A program made the translations under genes and the position numbers. A stretch of 64,000 nt of DNA from a virus. The DNA lies in the IMG/VR virus record IMGVR_UViG_3300044697_000009, positions 21,262 through 85,261 of that record; one strand, written 5' to 3'. Positions 29,893-39,202 of this stretch are shown here, in pieces (the first letter of the stretch is position 1; each line of letters opens with the position of its first letter). The notes under the pieces are model-generated. The model did not search any database. It was not told the DNA's origin and worked only from the letters and a program-made list of their open reading frames with translations.

Positions 29893-30720
29893 TTAGCCAT
29901 GAGTTTTTAAAATACCTTCTATTATCTGGTACATAGACCAAACGTACTTACTAAAGGCTACGTCTTCAAGATTTAATTGGTCTATAATCGATTTAATCCA
30001 GTCGGGTTTTTTATCAATGTGCTTTACTTCCATAATAAAGTCGTCATGATTCGTGTACTTAGTACCTAAGTCATGGAATTTATCCCATAGGCCTTGGTTC
30101 TTAATGTCTTGTATTACATTGACACTTGGGGTTAATAACGCTAGAGGTGAGATGTTTTGATCAATAGTTACCCTAAGATCTTCACCGTCTTGATATGCAT
30201 AACGTTTATAGATGATGTCTACAACAGGACGGAGCTGATTCATAATGAATATGTAATTCAATAACTTAGCTTGGGTTACGACATCGTCATGAGGAATGTC
30301 TGTATTATATTGGAATAATTCATCATCTATTGGAAGCTCGGGCTTAGATGACTGAGTCAATGCTTTAAATGCATTAGGACCTATACGAAGACGGTTCTTA
30401 CGACTATCACCTTGTTGTTTGTATTTACATTCCAAAAAGACTTCATCACTCCATTTACCGTTTGGAGCATAGGCTCTAATTCTTATCTTTCTTCTATCAT
30501 CAAGTCCAGCTAAGTGTTGTTTAAGAAATGTAAAGTCCGGGCTATCAAAATAAATACTACGATTCAATGTATATACTGTATTAGGCTGAGGAAAGTATAA
30601 CTCCATGTGTTTTTTAATCTCAGCTTTAACCTCGATATAATACTGTTTCTGTACTATATACTTTTGCTCAATTCTATTTAAGTCGATAGAATTACCTTCA
30701 GGAATACCAACATTACTCAT
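29893..30720 (-). CDS. VTC-domain (polyphosphate polymerase-like, CYTH/TTM) protein
   Basis: SIYFDS, RRKIRIRAY, FLECK, YKRYAY, LRVTID, MEVK and FSKY motifs of bacterial VTC-domain proteins. Confidence 0.85.
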   Translation of the reverse strand: MSNVGIPEGNSIDLNRIEQKYIVQKQYYIEVKAEIKKHMELYFPQPNTVYTLNRSIYFDSPDFTFLKQHLAGLDDRRKIRIRAYAPNGKWSDEVFLECKYKQQGDSRKNRLRIGPNAFKALTQSSKPELPIDDELFQYNTDIPHDDVVTQAKLLNYIFIMNQLRPVVDIIYKRYAYQDGEDLRVTIDQNISPLALLTPSVNVIQDIKNQGLWDKFHDLGTKYTNHDDFIMEVKHIDKKPDWIKSIIDQLNLEDVAFSKYVWSMYQIIEGILKTHG

Positions 30721-31035
30721 TATGTGTCCTTTTAATTACACGGAATTTATTACGACGTTTCTTAATCTTTCGTTCACGAAGGTCATCCTTGATTACGACA
30801 TAGATCATAGTAGATAATCCAATGAGAAACAATAGAATAAACCCTACGGATTTCAGGCAGACTTCCCCTCGTATTAGTACAAGTACGTCGACTTGCATTA
30901 GGAAAACAATAAGAAATACTTCTTTATTGTGACAGGCGATCAAGCCTGTATAGATTAACTAACTGTACAACAACAACTGCTGTACTTCACATTACAGTTA
31001 TTAATTTAGAGGTATGAAAAACGTATGTTTTTGCA

Positions 31036-31551
31036 TTATTTTTTTAGTAATGTTGTAGTTAATTCATTTGTTGCATATACAGGACGTATAGGAGTTAATG
31101 AATTTATGTATTTACAAAAGGATTCGGCATCATGTATATTATCGAAGTACCCGATAGTACTAGACTTATTCTGAGAATTGACTATATCAACACGTACTAA
31201 AGTCTTTGTTTTAGGATCTATTACAATACGAGTCTTGTATTTAACAGGTGGGACTTGGTTATAGAGTTTATAGCCTTGAGATTTGTATAAGTCATAATAA
31301 TAGGATTGACGTATACGTAAGTCTTCAGGACTACAGAATTCAAGGATATAGAGTTTTAAGTTACTATAGTATTTATTTAATGATTTGTTACTATGGATAC
31401 CTTGTTTCATATCCGAGATATGCTTAGACACACTAATTAGTATATTGTTACTATAACTAATATATAGACTTTTAGTACGATGATGTACGAAGGCATAAAC
31501 ACCAGATTGGGATAATTCTTTCATGTTACTATAATTAGATACAAGGACCAT
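31036..31551 (-). CDS. GIY-YIG-like endonuclease
   Basis: SGVYAF-x8-YISYS, HSNKSL and YN motifs (variant). Confidence 0.6.
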   Translation of the reverse strand: MVLVSNYSNMKELSQSGVYAFVHHRTKSLYISYSNNILISVSKHISDMKQGIHSNKSLNKYYSNLKLYILEFCSPEDLRIRQSYYYDLYKSQGYKLYNQVPPVKYKTRIVIDPKTKTLVRVDIVNSQNKSSTIGYFDNIHDAESFCKYINSLTPIRPVYATNELTTTLLKK

Positions 31552-31556
31552 ACAAT

Positions 31557-31569
31557 ATATAGTTATTAA
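31557..31569 (-). promoter_or_regulatory. Putative late promoter TTAATAACTATAT
   Basis: Exact copy 5 nt upstream of the GIY-YIG ATG. Confidence 0.6.
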
Positions 31570-31795
31570 ATAGAGGTGGTTATATCACCTCGATACGGGA
31601 ATTTCCATGTAATGAAATCAAGGACTTAGTATGTTACTATAGTAGTATTTTTAAAGAAATACATAAGAAATTGGACTTAATGTACCTAAAACATACATTT
31701 TTAGTGTTAGAATTATGTTACTATAGTGAAATCCTGTAAGTGGTTGTATTGACTATAGTTATAACTCTTACCCCTCAGAGACTACCTACCCCCAC

Positions 31796-31812
31796 CTGGC
31801 ATAATCCTTGCA
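31796..31812 (+). promoter_or_regulatory. Sigma54 (-24/-12)-type promoter
   Basis: CTGGCATAATCCTTGCA has the GG/GC spacing of YTGGCACGRNNNTTGCW. An IHF consensus AATCAAGGACTTA lies at 31616-31628. Confidence 0.55.
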
Positions 31813-32158
31813 ATAATAGCAATCCCTATACCATATACGCTATACAATCCCCGACTATTATAATGATAGATACAAAATAATAACATATTGATAATACTAT
31901 AGTAACACGAAGGTTGTATGTGTTATATACAGTTATAGTAATTCCCTAATAGTTGTAGATGTACAGAATATGTACTACAGAACGTATACAATCAGATCTA
32001 ATACGTTTGGGGATGGTTTGGTATGGGATTTGTAACGAGAAGTGGGTGAGAGATGGAGTTGAGACGAATGTTTAATCTACCCTTCCCTTTACCCTTTGAC
32101 CTAGACCAGAACGTAGGCAGACATTCCCCTCTTCTTACCCTTTGCTTGAACTACTGTC

Positions 32159-32187
32159 TTGACTCCGTCTCTCTTTTCTTGTATATT
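32159..32187 (+). promoter_or_regulatory. Sigma70-type early promoter
   Basis: TTGACT-17-TATATT before the first plus-strand ORF. Confidence 0.55.
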
Positions 32188-32269
32188 AGTTATATATTGA
32201 TTCGTTGATAATGAAACTAAAGTTTTTAAAACATATACCGATATAGTAACAGAACGTTAGTGAAAGGAT

Positions 32270-32512
32270 TTGAATATGAATACGAAAACAGGTACGATAG
32301 TACAGTTATTCCCTAAACCGAAGTATTCCAGCTATAGAACGTATTTGAACTCATTGAACGTTGAAGTAGAGCAGGAACGGTCGGGAACTACCAATACCGA
32401 TATACCTCAACCAGAAGGTTATATCCTAAATATTGACGTTGAAGAACCTAAATGCGAAGCCTGTAAGCTCTATCTATCGAAATGTTATTGTTTAGGGGGA
32501 GATGCATCATGA
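32270..32512 (+). CDS. Hypothetical protein with a C-terminal Cys cluster
   Basis: AAGGA SD; CEAC...CYC. Confidence 0.55.
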   Translation: MNMNTKTGTIVQLFPKPKYSSYRTYLNSLNVEVEQERSGTTNTDIPQPEGYILNIDVEEPKCEACKLYLSKCYCLGGDAS

Positions 32513-32700
32513 TTCCAGTATATACGATTACCCATAAAACGACCTCACTAACTCATGGAAAAATCTATGTCTATCAAAACCATAAGCTTATATTCGTTAA
32601 GACTTGGACTAATCCAAAGACAATTGACTTGATTAAATCTGAAATCCGTAGTATTATACAGAATAGATACGGAAATGTTATAGAATTGAGGACTGCATGA
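32509..32700 (+). CDS. Hypothetical protein
   Basis: ATGA-coupled start with a GGGGGAG SD. Confidence 0.55.
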   Translation: MIPVYTITHKTTSLTHGKIYVYQNHKLIFVKTWTNPKTIDLIKSEIRSIIQNRYGNVIELRTA

Positions 32701-32853
32701 CACCGTTTGAAGCATTATGGAGTCTAGGATTGTTAGGACTAACGATATACGAAGGTTATGGAATGCCTAACGACCTAGATAAAATCTTTAAAATCTCAGT
32801 TGTAACGTTTTTATTTGGTATATACACGACGTTACGTACGAAAGGAACACGCC

Positions 32854-33705
32854 ATGACTAAAGACCAAGTATTAAAGCGTATTAAGGGCAACGACCTACG
32901 TATTAAGTACAAACCTAGGAAACATACGTTTGAAGCAAGTAATCTCGTTATAGACGCGAATACAATGCAAGGTTGGTCATACGACTGGTATACAATCTTA
33001 CATTACTTCGATAAAACGTTGGTGTTAAATACCTATCGTTATTCACATTCAACTATTAAACACGTATATAAAATCATGAGTCTTTTGGATACATTAGGTT
33101 TAAAATACGAATGTCTTGAAGCACCTCAAGGTCTCCAGGATTTACATAGTTCAGTATTTTATAATATCAAAGAATTAGCTAAGTTTATCGTGAAACAGAA
33201 ATATTCGAAAACGAAGATTTACGACTTTAACATTAAAGAACAACGAAAACAGTTAAAACTACTGAATAAATTAGGTTTTCCCTATAGTAAAAAAGAATTA
33301 GAACTACAGATTGAGGTCGAAGAAAAGAAACGAGACCAACGTTTGATTCAACAACGTGAATACCATAAGAAGCGTGCAGCTGAACTATCCGCAAAACGTA
33401 AAGAACGAGCTGAAATTTTAAAGAAATTCAAATCATCTAAGTACGTTCTTATGAGTCTTTGGAACAACCTTGTTACTGTAGTAACCCTTAATAAATTCTT
33501 AAGAACACATAATATTGATATTGAAAATTTTTCTAAATATTACAATGTGAAAAAAAGTATTTTAGATACACTTGAGAACTACGATTTGTTGAACTCAGAA
33601 GCGATAACCTCGCTGAAAAAAGCACAGAATGCATACAATGTAATGCAAAAGTTTAAACAGTCTCAAAACGATTATAACGCAGTATATAATGTCGAAGTTG
33701 TGTAA
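32854..33705 (+). CDS. Hypothetical protein
   Basis: Basic ORF of about 283 aa; AAGGA SD before ATG 32854. Confidence 0.7.
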   Translation: MTKDQVLKRIKGNDLRIKYKPRKHTFEASNLVIDANTMQGWSYDWYTILHYFDKTLVLNTYRYSHSTIKHVYKIMSLLDTLGLKYECLEAPQGLQDLHSSVFYNIKELAKFIVKQKYSKTKIYDFNIKEQRKQLKLLNKLGFPYSKKELELQIEVEEKKRDQRLIQQREYHKKRAAELSAKRKERAEILKKFKSSKYVLMSLWNNLVTVVTLNKFLRTHNIDIENFSKYYNVKKSILDTLENYDLLNSEAITSLKKAQNAYNVMQKFKQSQNDYNAVYNVEVV

Positions 33706-33821
33706 CTATTTAAAAAGGTAGGGAATTTATGCGTAGTTTATTTGTAGTATTGTTGACGCTGTTATTTACTGTAGTTGTATATAACTTTACGACTAACGTA
33801 TTCACGACACAAAATGAAGTC

Positions 33822-33850
33822 TTGACAGTGATCACGAAATAATGTAGAAT
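33822..33850 (+). promoter_or_regulatory. Sigma70-type promoter for the tRNA/AAA operon
   Basis: TTGACA-17-TAGAAT. Confidence 0.7.
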
Positions 33851-33884
33851 AAATATTATAGAGTATTTTGTATTAGACGATACA

Positions 33885-33957
33885 AGTCCCGTAGCTCAAT
33901 GGTTAGAGCAGGCTCTTTATAAGGGTCAGGTTGCTGGTTCGAGTCCAGCCGGGACTA
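33885..33957 (+). tRNA. tRNA-Ile (anticodon UAU), CCA not encoded
   Basis: Acceptor AGTCCCG/CGGGACT, D arm GCTC-AATGGTTA-GAGC, anticodon arm GGCTC-TTTATAA-GGGTC, T arm GCTGG-TTCGAGT-CCAGC. Confidence 0.9.
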
Positions 33958-33976
33958 TTAAACGAAAGGGTATGAT

Positions 33977-34981
33977 ATGAAACCAAGTGATTTAAGACAA
34001 TTGATCGAAACACGTTTTAAAGCAGGTATTCGTAGACCATTGCACGTCGAATCAAGTCCTGGATTAGGCAAGACTCAAATCCCTGCGCAGATCGCTAAAG
34101 ACTTAGGTATTGGATTTATTGCAATTCATGCTCCGTTACTTCAGCCTGAGGACTACGGGTTTCCTGTCATTAACCAAACGCGTGACGACGTTGATTTCGT
34201 TGTTAGTCGCACGAAATTCCCTATTGAGTCGTCCAAATGCCCTGAGACTGGTATTCTTTTAATTGACGAATTGTCGCAGGCAGATAATTCTGCTCAAAAA
34301 ATCTTAGCGAATCTTATTCAAGAACGTGAAATCCACGGTCAACATTTAAAACCCGGGTGGATGATCATTACTACGGGTAATAGAACAACTGACAGAGCAG
34401 GTGCGAACCGTTTACTTTCACATCTAAAGAACCGTTTAACGACAATTGAACTTGAACCGTCACTTGATGACTGGACTAACTGGGCATTATCAAACGACGT
34501 CAAGACTGAAGTCATCTCATTTATTAGGTTTCGCCCTGGATTATTGTCAAGTTTTGACCCACAACAAGACGTAAACCCGACACCTAGGTCATGGACTGAA
34601 GGTGTATCTGCCGCATTCGGTATTGTCAACCCTGCTCAGGAATTCCAAGTCTTCAAAGGAGACGTAGGCGAAGGTCCTGCTGCTGAATTCTGCGCATTTC
34701 TTAAGATCTACCGTAACCTTCCAAATCCTGATCTCATCGTAATGAATCCAAAGACTGCCGAAGTCCCTAAAGACCCAGCAACGATGTATGCATTGACAGG
34801 TGCATTGAGTACAAGAGCGACGACTGAAAACTTCGTTCGTATTCTTGAGTACATGAAACGTTTGACACCTGAATTCACTGTATTGTTTGTACGTGATGCA
34901 TTGCATAAAACTCCAGGAATTGCAAATACAAAAGAATTCATTACGTGGGCAGCAGGCGACGGCGCTAAACTCTTAAGCTAA
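33977..34981 (+). CDS. AAA+ ATPase (MoxR/AAA_5-like)
   Basis: SSPGLGKT, LLIDE, TGNR, LKNR and PTPRSW motifs. Confidence 0.9.
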   Translation: MKPSDLRQLIETRFKAGIRRPLHVESSPGLGKTQIPAQIAKDLGIGFIAIHAPLLQPEDYGFPVINQTRDDVDFVVSRTKFPIESSKCPETGILLIDELSQADNSAQKILANLIQEREIHGQHLKPGWMIITTGNRTTDRAGANRLLSHLKNRLTTIELEPSLDDWTNWALSNDVKTEVISFIRFRPGLLSSFDPQQDVNPTPRSWTEGVSAAFGIVNPAQEFQVFKGDVGEGPAAEFCAFLKIYRNLPNPDLIVMNPKTAEVPKDPATMYALTGALSTRATTENFVRILEYMKRLTPEFTVLFVRDALHKTPGIANTKEFITWAAGDGAKLLS

Positions 34982-35083
34982 GGTACTGTATGGAATATTT
35001 AAGCTTGATTAATACTTATTTCGAGTTTATAATAGTTGTAGTCGTAGTCATCGTATTATGTTTTATTGATTAACGAGGTATAT

Positions 35084-35917
35084 ATGCTTAATGAAAAAGC
35101 TGTATTAGTGAATCTTAAGATCTCCCAGTGGACTGGTCGGAAGTTTGATAAACGTGCAACGTCAACGGTCGTAACGACGCATAACACTGACGTACAGGCA
35201 GGTAACTATTCAAAGAAACTCTTACCCGGAGCAAAAGAACTTGACGCAATACAGAATACGTCAGCTAACATACGTAGCTTTTTTTATCAACAAACGTTGC
35301 CTTGGTGTAACGAAGGCTCTAGAATCCTTGCTAGTTCAAATTACCTAGGTTTCACTAACGCGATTCGTACCCATAAATCAGAATTCGAAACCGCTGTCAA
35401 GGAGTTTATTAAAAAATACCCAGAACTTAAGGACATGGCCAAGACTAAACTCGGTGATTTGTTCAACGACTACGAATACCCAGACGTTGCGACACTTCAA
35501 AACTCGTTTGGTTGCGAAGTTTCCTACATGCCGGTGCCTACAGTTGGTGACTTCCGCGTTGAGTTAACGCCTGAAGAAAAACAGAACTTCGAAAAACAAA
35601 TTAAACTTGCTGAGACTCAGGCATTAAACGACGTATGGCAACGTTTAAACTCGGTCGTATCAAAAGCAGTTGATAAACTAAAGTCTCCTGATGCCGTGTT
35701 TCGTGATTCACTAATTGAGAATATTCAAGATTTATGTAACCTTTTGCCAAGACTTAATGTCACTGAAAACGAAAACGTTGAGAAAATGCGGCAAGACGTA
35801 CAAAAAATTGTTGACAGCATTAGCGCTGAAGATTGTAGAAAAATCCCCGAAGTCCGTTCACATGCCGCCGAACGCCTTGATGAAGCAATGAAACGTATGT
35901 CTGGGTTTATTTCATGA
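35084..35917 (+). CDS. DUF3150-like helical protein of the AAA+/vWA module
   Basis: LVNLKISQWTGRKFD, TLPW and FNDYEYP; lies between the AAA+ and vWA genes. Confidence 0.6.
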   Translation: MLNEKAVLVNLKISQWTGRKFDKRATSTVVTTHNTDVQAGNYSKKLLPGAKELDAIQNTSANIRSFFYQQTLPWCNEGSRILASSNYLGFTNAIRTHKSEFETAVKEFIKKYPELKDMAKTKLGDLFNDYEYPDVATLQNSFGCEVSYMPVPTVGDFRVELTPEEKQNFEKQIKLAETQALNDVWQRLNSVVSKAVDKLKSPDAVFRDSLIENIQDLCNLLPRLNVTENENVEKMRQDVQKIVDSISAEDCRKIPEVRSHAAERLDEAMKRMSGFIS

Positions 35918-36117
35918 AACCTTTGACTGAACTCGAATACAAACTTTTAACGCCGGGCATGAAAGTTAAGTGTATTGATCATACACTTACAACGAGTCTT
36001 GAAAAATATAAAATCTATAAAGTAAAAACTATATGTTTTAATTGTATTGTTGTTGAAGAAACTCCGCATTTTTTACCGTTTGCTTATTCTAGATTTACGT
36101 TAGATTTAGGGGAATAA
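35914..36117 (+). CDS. Family A small SH3-like paralog (A1)
   Basis: MKPLTELEYKLLTPGMKVKC...RFTLDLGE. Confidence 0.7.
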   Translation: MKPLTELEYKLLTPGMKVKCIDHTLTTSLEKYKIYKVKTICFNCIVVEETPHFLPFAYSRFTLDLGE

Positions 36118-36119
36118 CT

Positions 36120-37238
36120 ATGAACGAAAAGATTTCAAAAGCAAAAGCATTGCTGGTACTTGATCAACCGTTTTTCGCAAGTCTCCTTTTGACGATGCCG
36201 ATTCATGAAGACAAAAAGATTACTACAATGGCAACAAACGGCGATTGGATCAAGTTTAACCCAGAATTCGTTGATAAATTATCGATTCAAGAACTTATCT
36301 TTGTCCTAGCGCATGAAACAATGCACTGCGTTTTCCAGCACATGCTTAGACGTGGGGATAAAAACCATAATAAATACAATATTGCGGGGGATTATGTCAT
36401 TAACGATCATTTGATTCGCGAACATGTAGGCGAAATGCCTCATGGCGGACTTCATAACCCCCAGTTAGTACAAGAAGGCAATGGGACGACTGAAGGCGTT
36501 TATGCCTTATTACCTAAGGAAGACGAACAAAAAACAGCGGGCAACATGGGTCAAGGTGGAAGCATGGATGAAGTCGAGTCCGATGACTTGACCCAGGCAG
36601 AAGCAAATCAAAAGTCTGAAGAAATGCGAGTCAAGGTTATTCAGGCAAAGAACGCGGCTAAGACGTGTGGCAAATTCTCAGCAGGCCTTGAGAGACTCGT
36701 TAATGATTTAACCCGCCCTAGAATTGACTGGAGAACAGTATTGAGACGATTCTTAAGCGATCGGGCAAAAGTTGATCTGAGTTATGCAAAACCTAAGCGG
36801 CGTTTCATGGCCGACGACGTAAACCTGCCAAGTCTGTTAGGTGAGCAGTTAGGTGAAATCGTCATTGCAGTTGATTGTTCAGGCAGTATTGATGACAAAC
36901 TTCTAAACGAGTTTGGTACTGAAATTTCAAGTATCAAAGAAGACACAAAACCAGTGAAAGTCCACGTAATTTATTTTGATTCTGAAGTCCTAAGGCATGA
37001 TGAATTCTCAAGAGACGACGACCTTCGCATCAACGCATGCGGTGGCGGTGGGACGGCATTCTCACCCGTGTTTAGATATATCCAAAACAAAAACATTAGC
37101 CCTGTGGCATGTGTATTTTTGACTGATCTTCAGTGCAATGACTTCGGTCAAACACCGAGTTACAATGTAATGTGGGCATCGACTGACAATGGCAATGCGC
37201 CGTTTGGTGAAATCTTATTATTGAAAGATGCCGCATGA
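36120..37238 (+). CDS. DUF2201-type metallopeptidase + vWA-like domain protein
   Basis: TMATNG, HETMH (HExxH), MIDAS-like DCSGS, GGGGTAF, FLTD. Confidence 0.85.
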   Translation: MNEKISKAKALLVLDQPFFASLLLTMPIHEDKKITTMATNGDWIKFNPEFVDKLSIQELIFVLAHETMHCVFQHMLRRGDKNHNKYNIAGDYVINDHLIREHVGEMPHGGLHNPQLVQEGNGTTEGVYALLPKEDEQKTAGNMGQGGSMDEVESDDLTQAEANQKSEEMRVKVIQAKNAAKTCGKFSAGLERLVNDLTRPRIDWRTVLRRFLSDRAKVDLSYAKPKRRFMADDVNLPSLLGEQLGEIVIAVDCSGSIDDKLLNEFGTEISSIKEDTKPVKVHVIYFDSEVLRHDEFSRDDDLRINACGGGGTAFSPVFRYIQNKNISPVACVFLTDLQCNDFGQTPSYNVMWASTDNGNAPFGEILLLKDAA

Positions 37239-37444
37239 AACCGTTAGATGAAATCTCTTTGAAGTTTTTAAAGCCCGGCACGAAACTTAAATGTATTAAT
37301 GCCATATATGAATTGAGAAATGGAGAAATATACGAATTTATGGAAATTTATTCCATTAACAATGGAAATATAACAATTAATTTAAAAAATGTTAAACATA
37401 CTTATTTCATTAACCGTTTTACACTAGACTTGGGATGTGAATGA
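37235..37444 (+). CDS. Family A small SH3-like paralog (A2)
   Basis: MKPLDEISLKFLKPGTKLKC...RFTLDLGCE. Confidence 0.7.
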   Translation: MKPLDEISLKFLKPGTKLKCINAIYELRNGEIYEFMEIYSINNGNITINLKNVKHTYFINRFTLDLGCE

Positions 37445-38088
37445 AAGCATTTAATAACAATACTTACATAAAACAAGAGATCGTGGGAAATCTAGTAAAA
37501 TCAAGATTCACATCTCAAAACATTACACTACAAACGGATTCATTACCGAAGTGGTTAGTCTTTTATTTAAATTGCCAACCTGATAAAAATAGAATTCTTG
37601 AAGTCATCAACGCTATAGAGCCGGGAATGGACTTAGATAATATAAAGCAGTTATTCATGATTCATGTCCTTGAATTCTCACTACTTCAGTTCGATCATTC
37701 AAAAAATCTGAAAGTTAAAAAAGCGATTATACAAGTAATAAATCTTTATAAACAAAACAATACTGACAAAAAAAAATGGAATGCCGCTCAATCCGCCGCT
37801 TATGCCGCCTCTAATGCTACTTATGCCGCTAATGCCATTAATGCCGCTTATGCCGCTAATGCCGCCTATGCCGCCTCTAATGCTACTTATGCCGCTAATG
37901 CCGCCGCCTATGCCGCCTCTAATGCTACTTATGCCGCTAATGCCGCTAATGCCGCCGCCTATGCCGCCGCCTATGCCGCCGCTAATGCTACTTATGCCGC
38001 TTGTGCCGCCGCTTATGCCGCCGCTCAAAACAGGTTATTAGACTACTTAATTAAATTAATACAAGACTTAAAGGTAAATGCTGCATGA
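37441..38088 (+). CDS. Ala-rich repeat protein
   Basis: AAYAA/ANAA repeats near the C-terminus. Confidence 0.7.
   Translation: MKAFNNNTYIKQEIVGNLVKSRFTSQNITLQTDSLPKWLVFYLNCQPDKNRILEVINAIEPGMDLDNIKQLFMIHVLEFSLLQFDHSKNLKVKKAIIQVINLYKQNNTDKKKWNAAQSAAYAASNATYAANAINAAYAANAAYAASNATYAANAAAYAASNATYAANAANAAAYAAAYAAANATYAACAAAYAAAQNRLLDYLIKLIQDLKVNAA
37781..38026 (+). repeat. Coding minisatellite of (T/A)ATGCCGC(C/T) units
   Basis: Several near-identical TATGCCGCCTCTAATGCTACTTATGCCGCTAATGCC blocks. Confidence 0.85.
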
Positions 38089-38309
38089 CTCCTATAACTA
38101 AAGACATGCTCATATATTTACAACGTGGGACGAAGGTAAAAAGCCTTGAAAATAGAGGCCACAGGGAAATTGGATTAGTAAAAGATAAGATTTATACGAT
38201 TAATAGAATTTATCCTACAGAAAGTTTAGATGGATATCTTTCATTACAAGAAGTTCCTAGTCCTATTTATTTATCAACTAGATTTACATTGGACTTAGAG
38301 GAAAAATGA
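38085..38309 (+). CDS. Family A small SH3-like paralog (A3)
   Basis: LIYLQRGTKVKS...RFTLDLEEK. Confidence 0.7.
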   Translation: MTPITKDMLIYLQRGTKVKSLENRGHREIGLVKDKIYTINRIYPTESLDGYLSLQEVPSPIYLSTRFTLDLEEK

Positions 38310-38488
38310 AACTATTATTAATCCTAGTATTGACTTTTCTTATAAGTTGTGCTCAGCCCGTTGAATTTTCAACTATTACCCAACCTGTGATTCAATATTG
38401 TACCAAACAATGCCAAAACTACGGCAGAACGTTGGACTTCATAGTAATTTATCCAAATGATCAGGGCGATATGTGTCAATGTAATTAA
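38306..38488 (+). CDS. Small Cys-rich lipoprotein
   Basis: Signal peptide with a LISC lipobox. Confidence 0.55.
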   Translation: MKLLLILVLTFLISCAQPVEFSTITQPVIQYCTKQCQNYGRTLDFIVIYPNDQGDMCQCN

Positions 38489-38616
38489 TCTAAATATTTT
38501 CTTTGACTTTCTAAAACTAATTCGATACAACGTGTTCAGTGTCTGTCAGGTAGCTGATAGCTATTAAAGCTATTAGTGGGGGTGGGGTTGTTCCGTGACC
38601 CCCGACTAAGGAAAAT

Positions 38617-38898
38617 ATGAAGATCACAAACACGATGCTAAAAGAATACCTAGACCTTAAGCAAGAACAAAAACGTATTGAAGCCCGACTACTTGAAATC
38701 AAATCAGAAATCATTGAACAAGGTGGCTGTCAGACTCAAGATTACGTTGCAGGTATAAGAGTCCAGCCTCGTCGAGTCCTGGCTAGTATTGAGACGTTTG
38801 AAGACTTATTAGGCGAATTCTACATGACTAGAAATAATCTAGTGAATACAATACAGGTCACCTACGTTGACGTAGTTAAACGCCCAAACCGGCCATAA
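38617..38898 (+). CDS. Hypothetical coiled-coil protein
   Basis: AAGGA SD, 93 aa. Confidence 0.6.
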   Translation: MKITNTMLKEYLDLKQEQKRIEARLLEIKSEIIEQGGCQTQDYVAGIRVQPRRVLASIETFEDLLGEFYMTRNNLVNTIQVTYVDVVKRPNRP

Positions 38899-39202
38899 CT
38901 TTAACACTTTCATAGTACTTTAAAGCAATATAACCCTATAGTATGAGAGTTGCATACTTAGTTTTGTATGCCTGCTGTAGTCGTTAAACAATTCTCAGTC
39001 TATCTCTACGATAAATTCTCAATCATTCTTCGTGTCGGTGACCAATTAATAGTTGATACTTCTGAAGGCATTGCATGGCGCCCCGGCTATGAACAATATA
39101 CTTTTGACATTTCGACTGAAGAATACAGACTAATAGATAACTGACAATCGCCGCACATTGACAATTTTTGTCAAGTCCTAAGGCTTATATTCAATTCCTA
39201 GA

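Larger units (their letters stand above)
31360..32251. repeat. Dispersed TGTTACTATA 10-mers in inverted arrangement around the strand switch
   Basis: Forward copies at 31446, 31524, 31632, 31716 (variants at 31360, 31386). Reverse copies TATAGTAACA at 31898 and 32242. Confidence 0.7.

Noticed and set aside
37781-38026. Diversity-generating retroelement variable region
   Set aside because: No reverse transcriptase or separate template repeat in the window; tandem expansion is simpler.
37699-38041. ORFs 37699-38028 (-) and 37781-38041 (+)
   Set aside because: These are alternate-frame readings of the Ala minisatellite.
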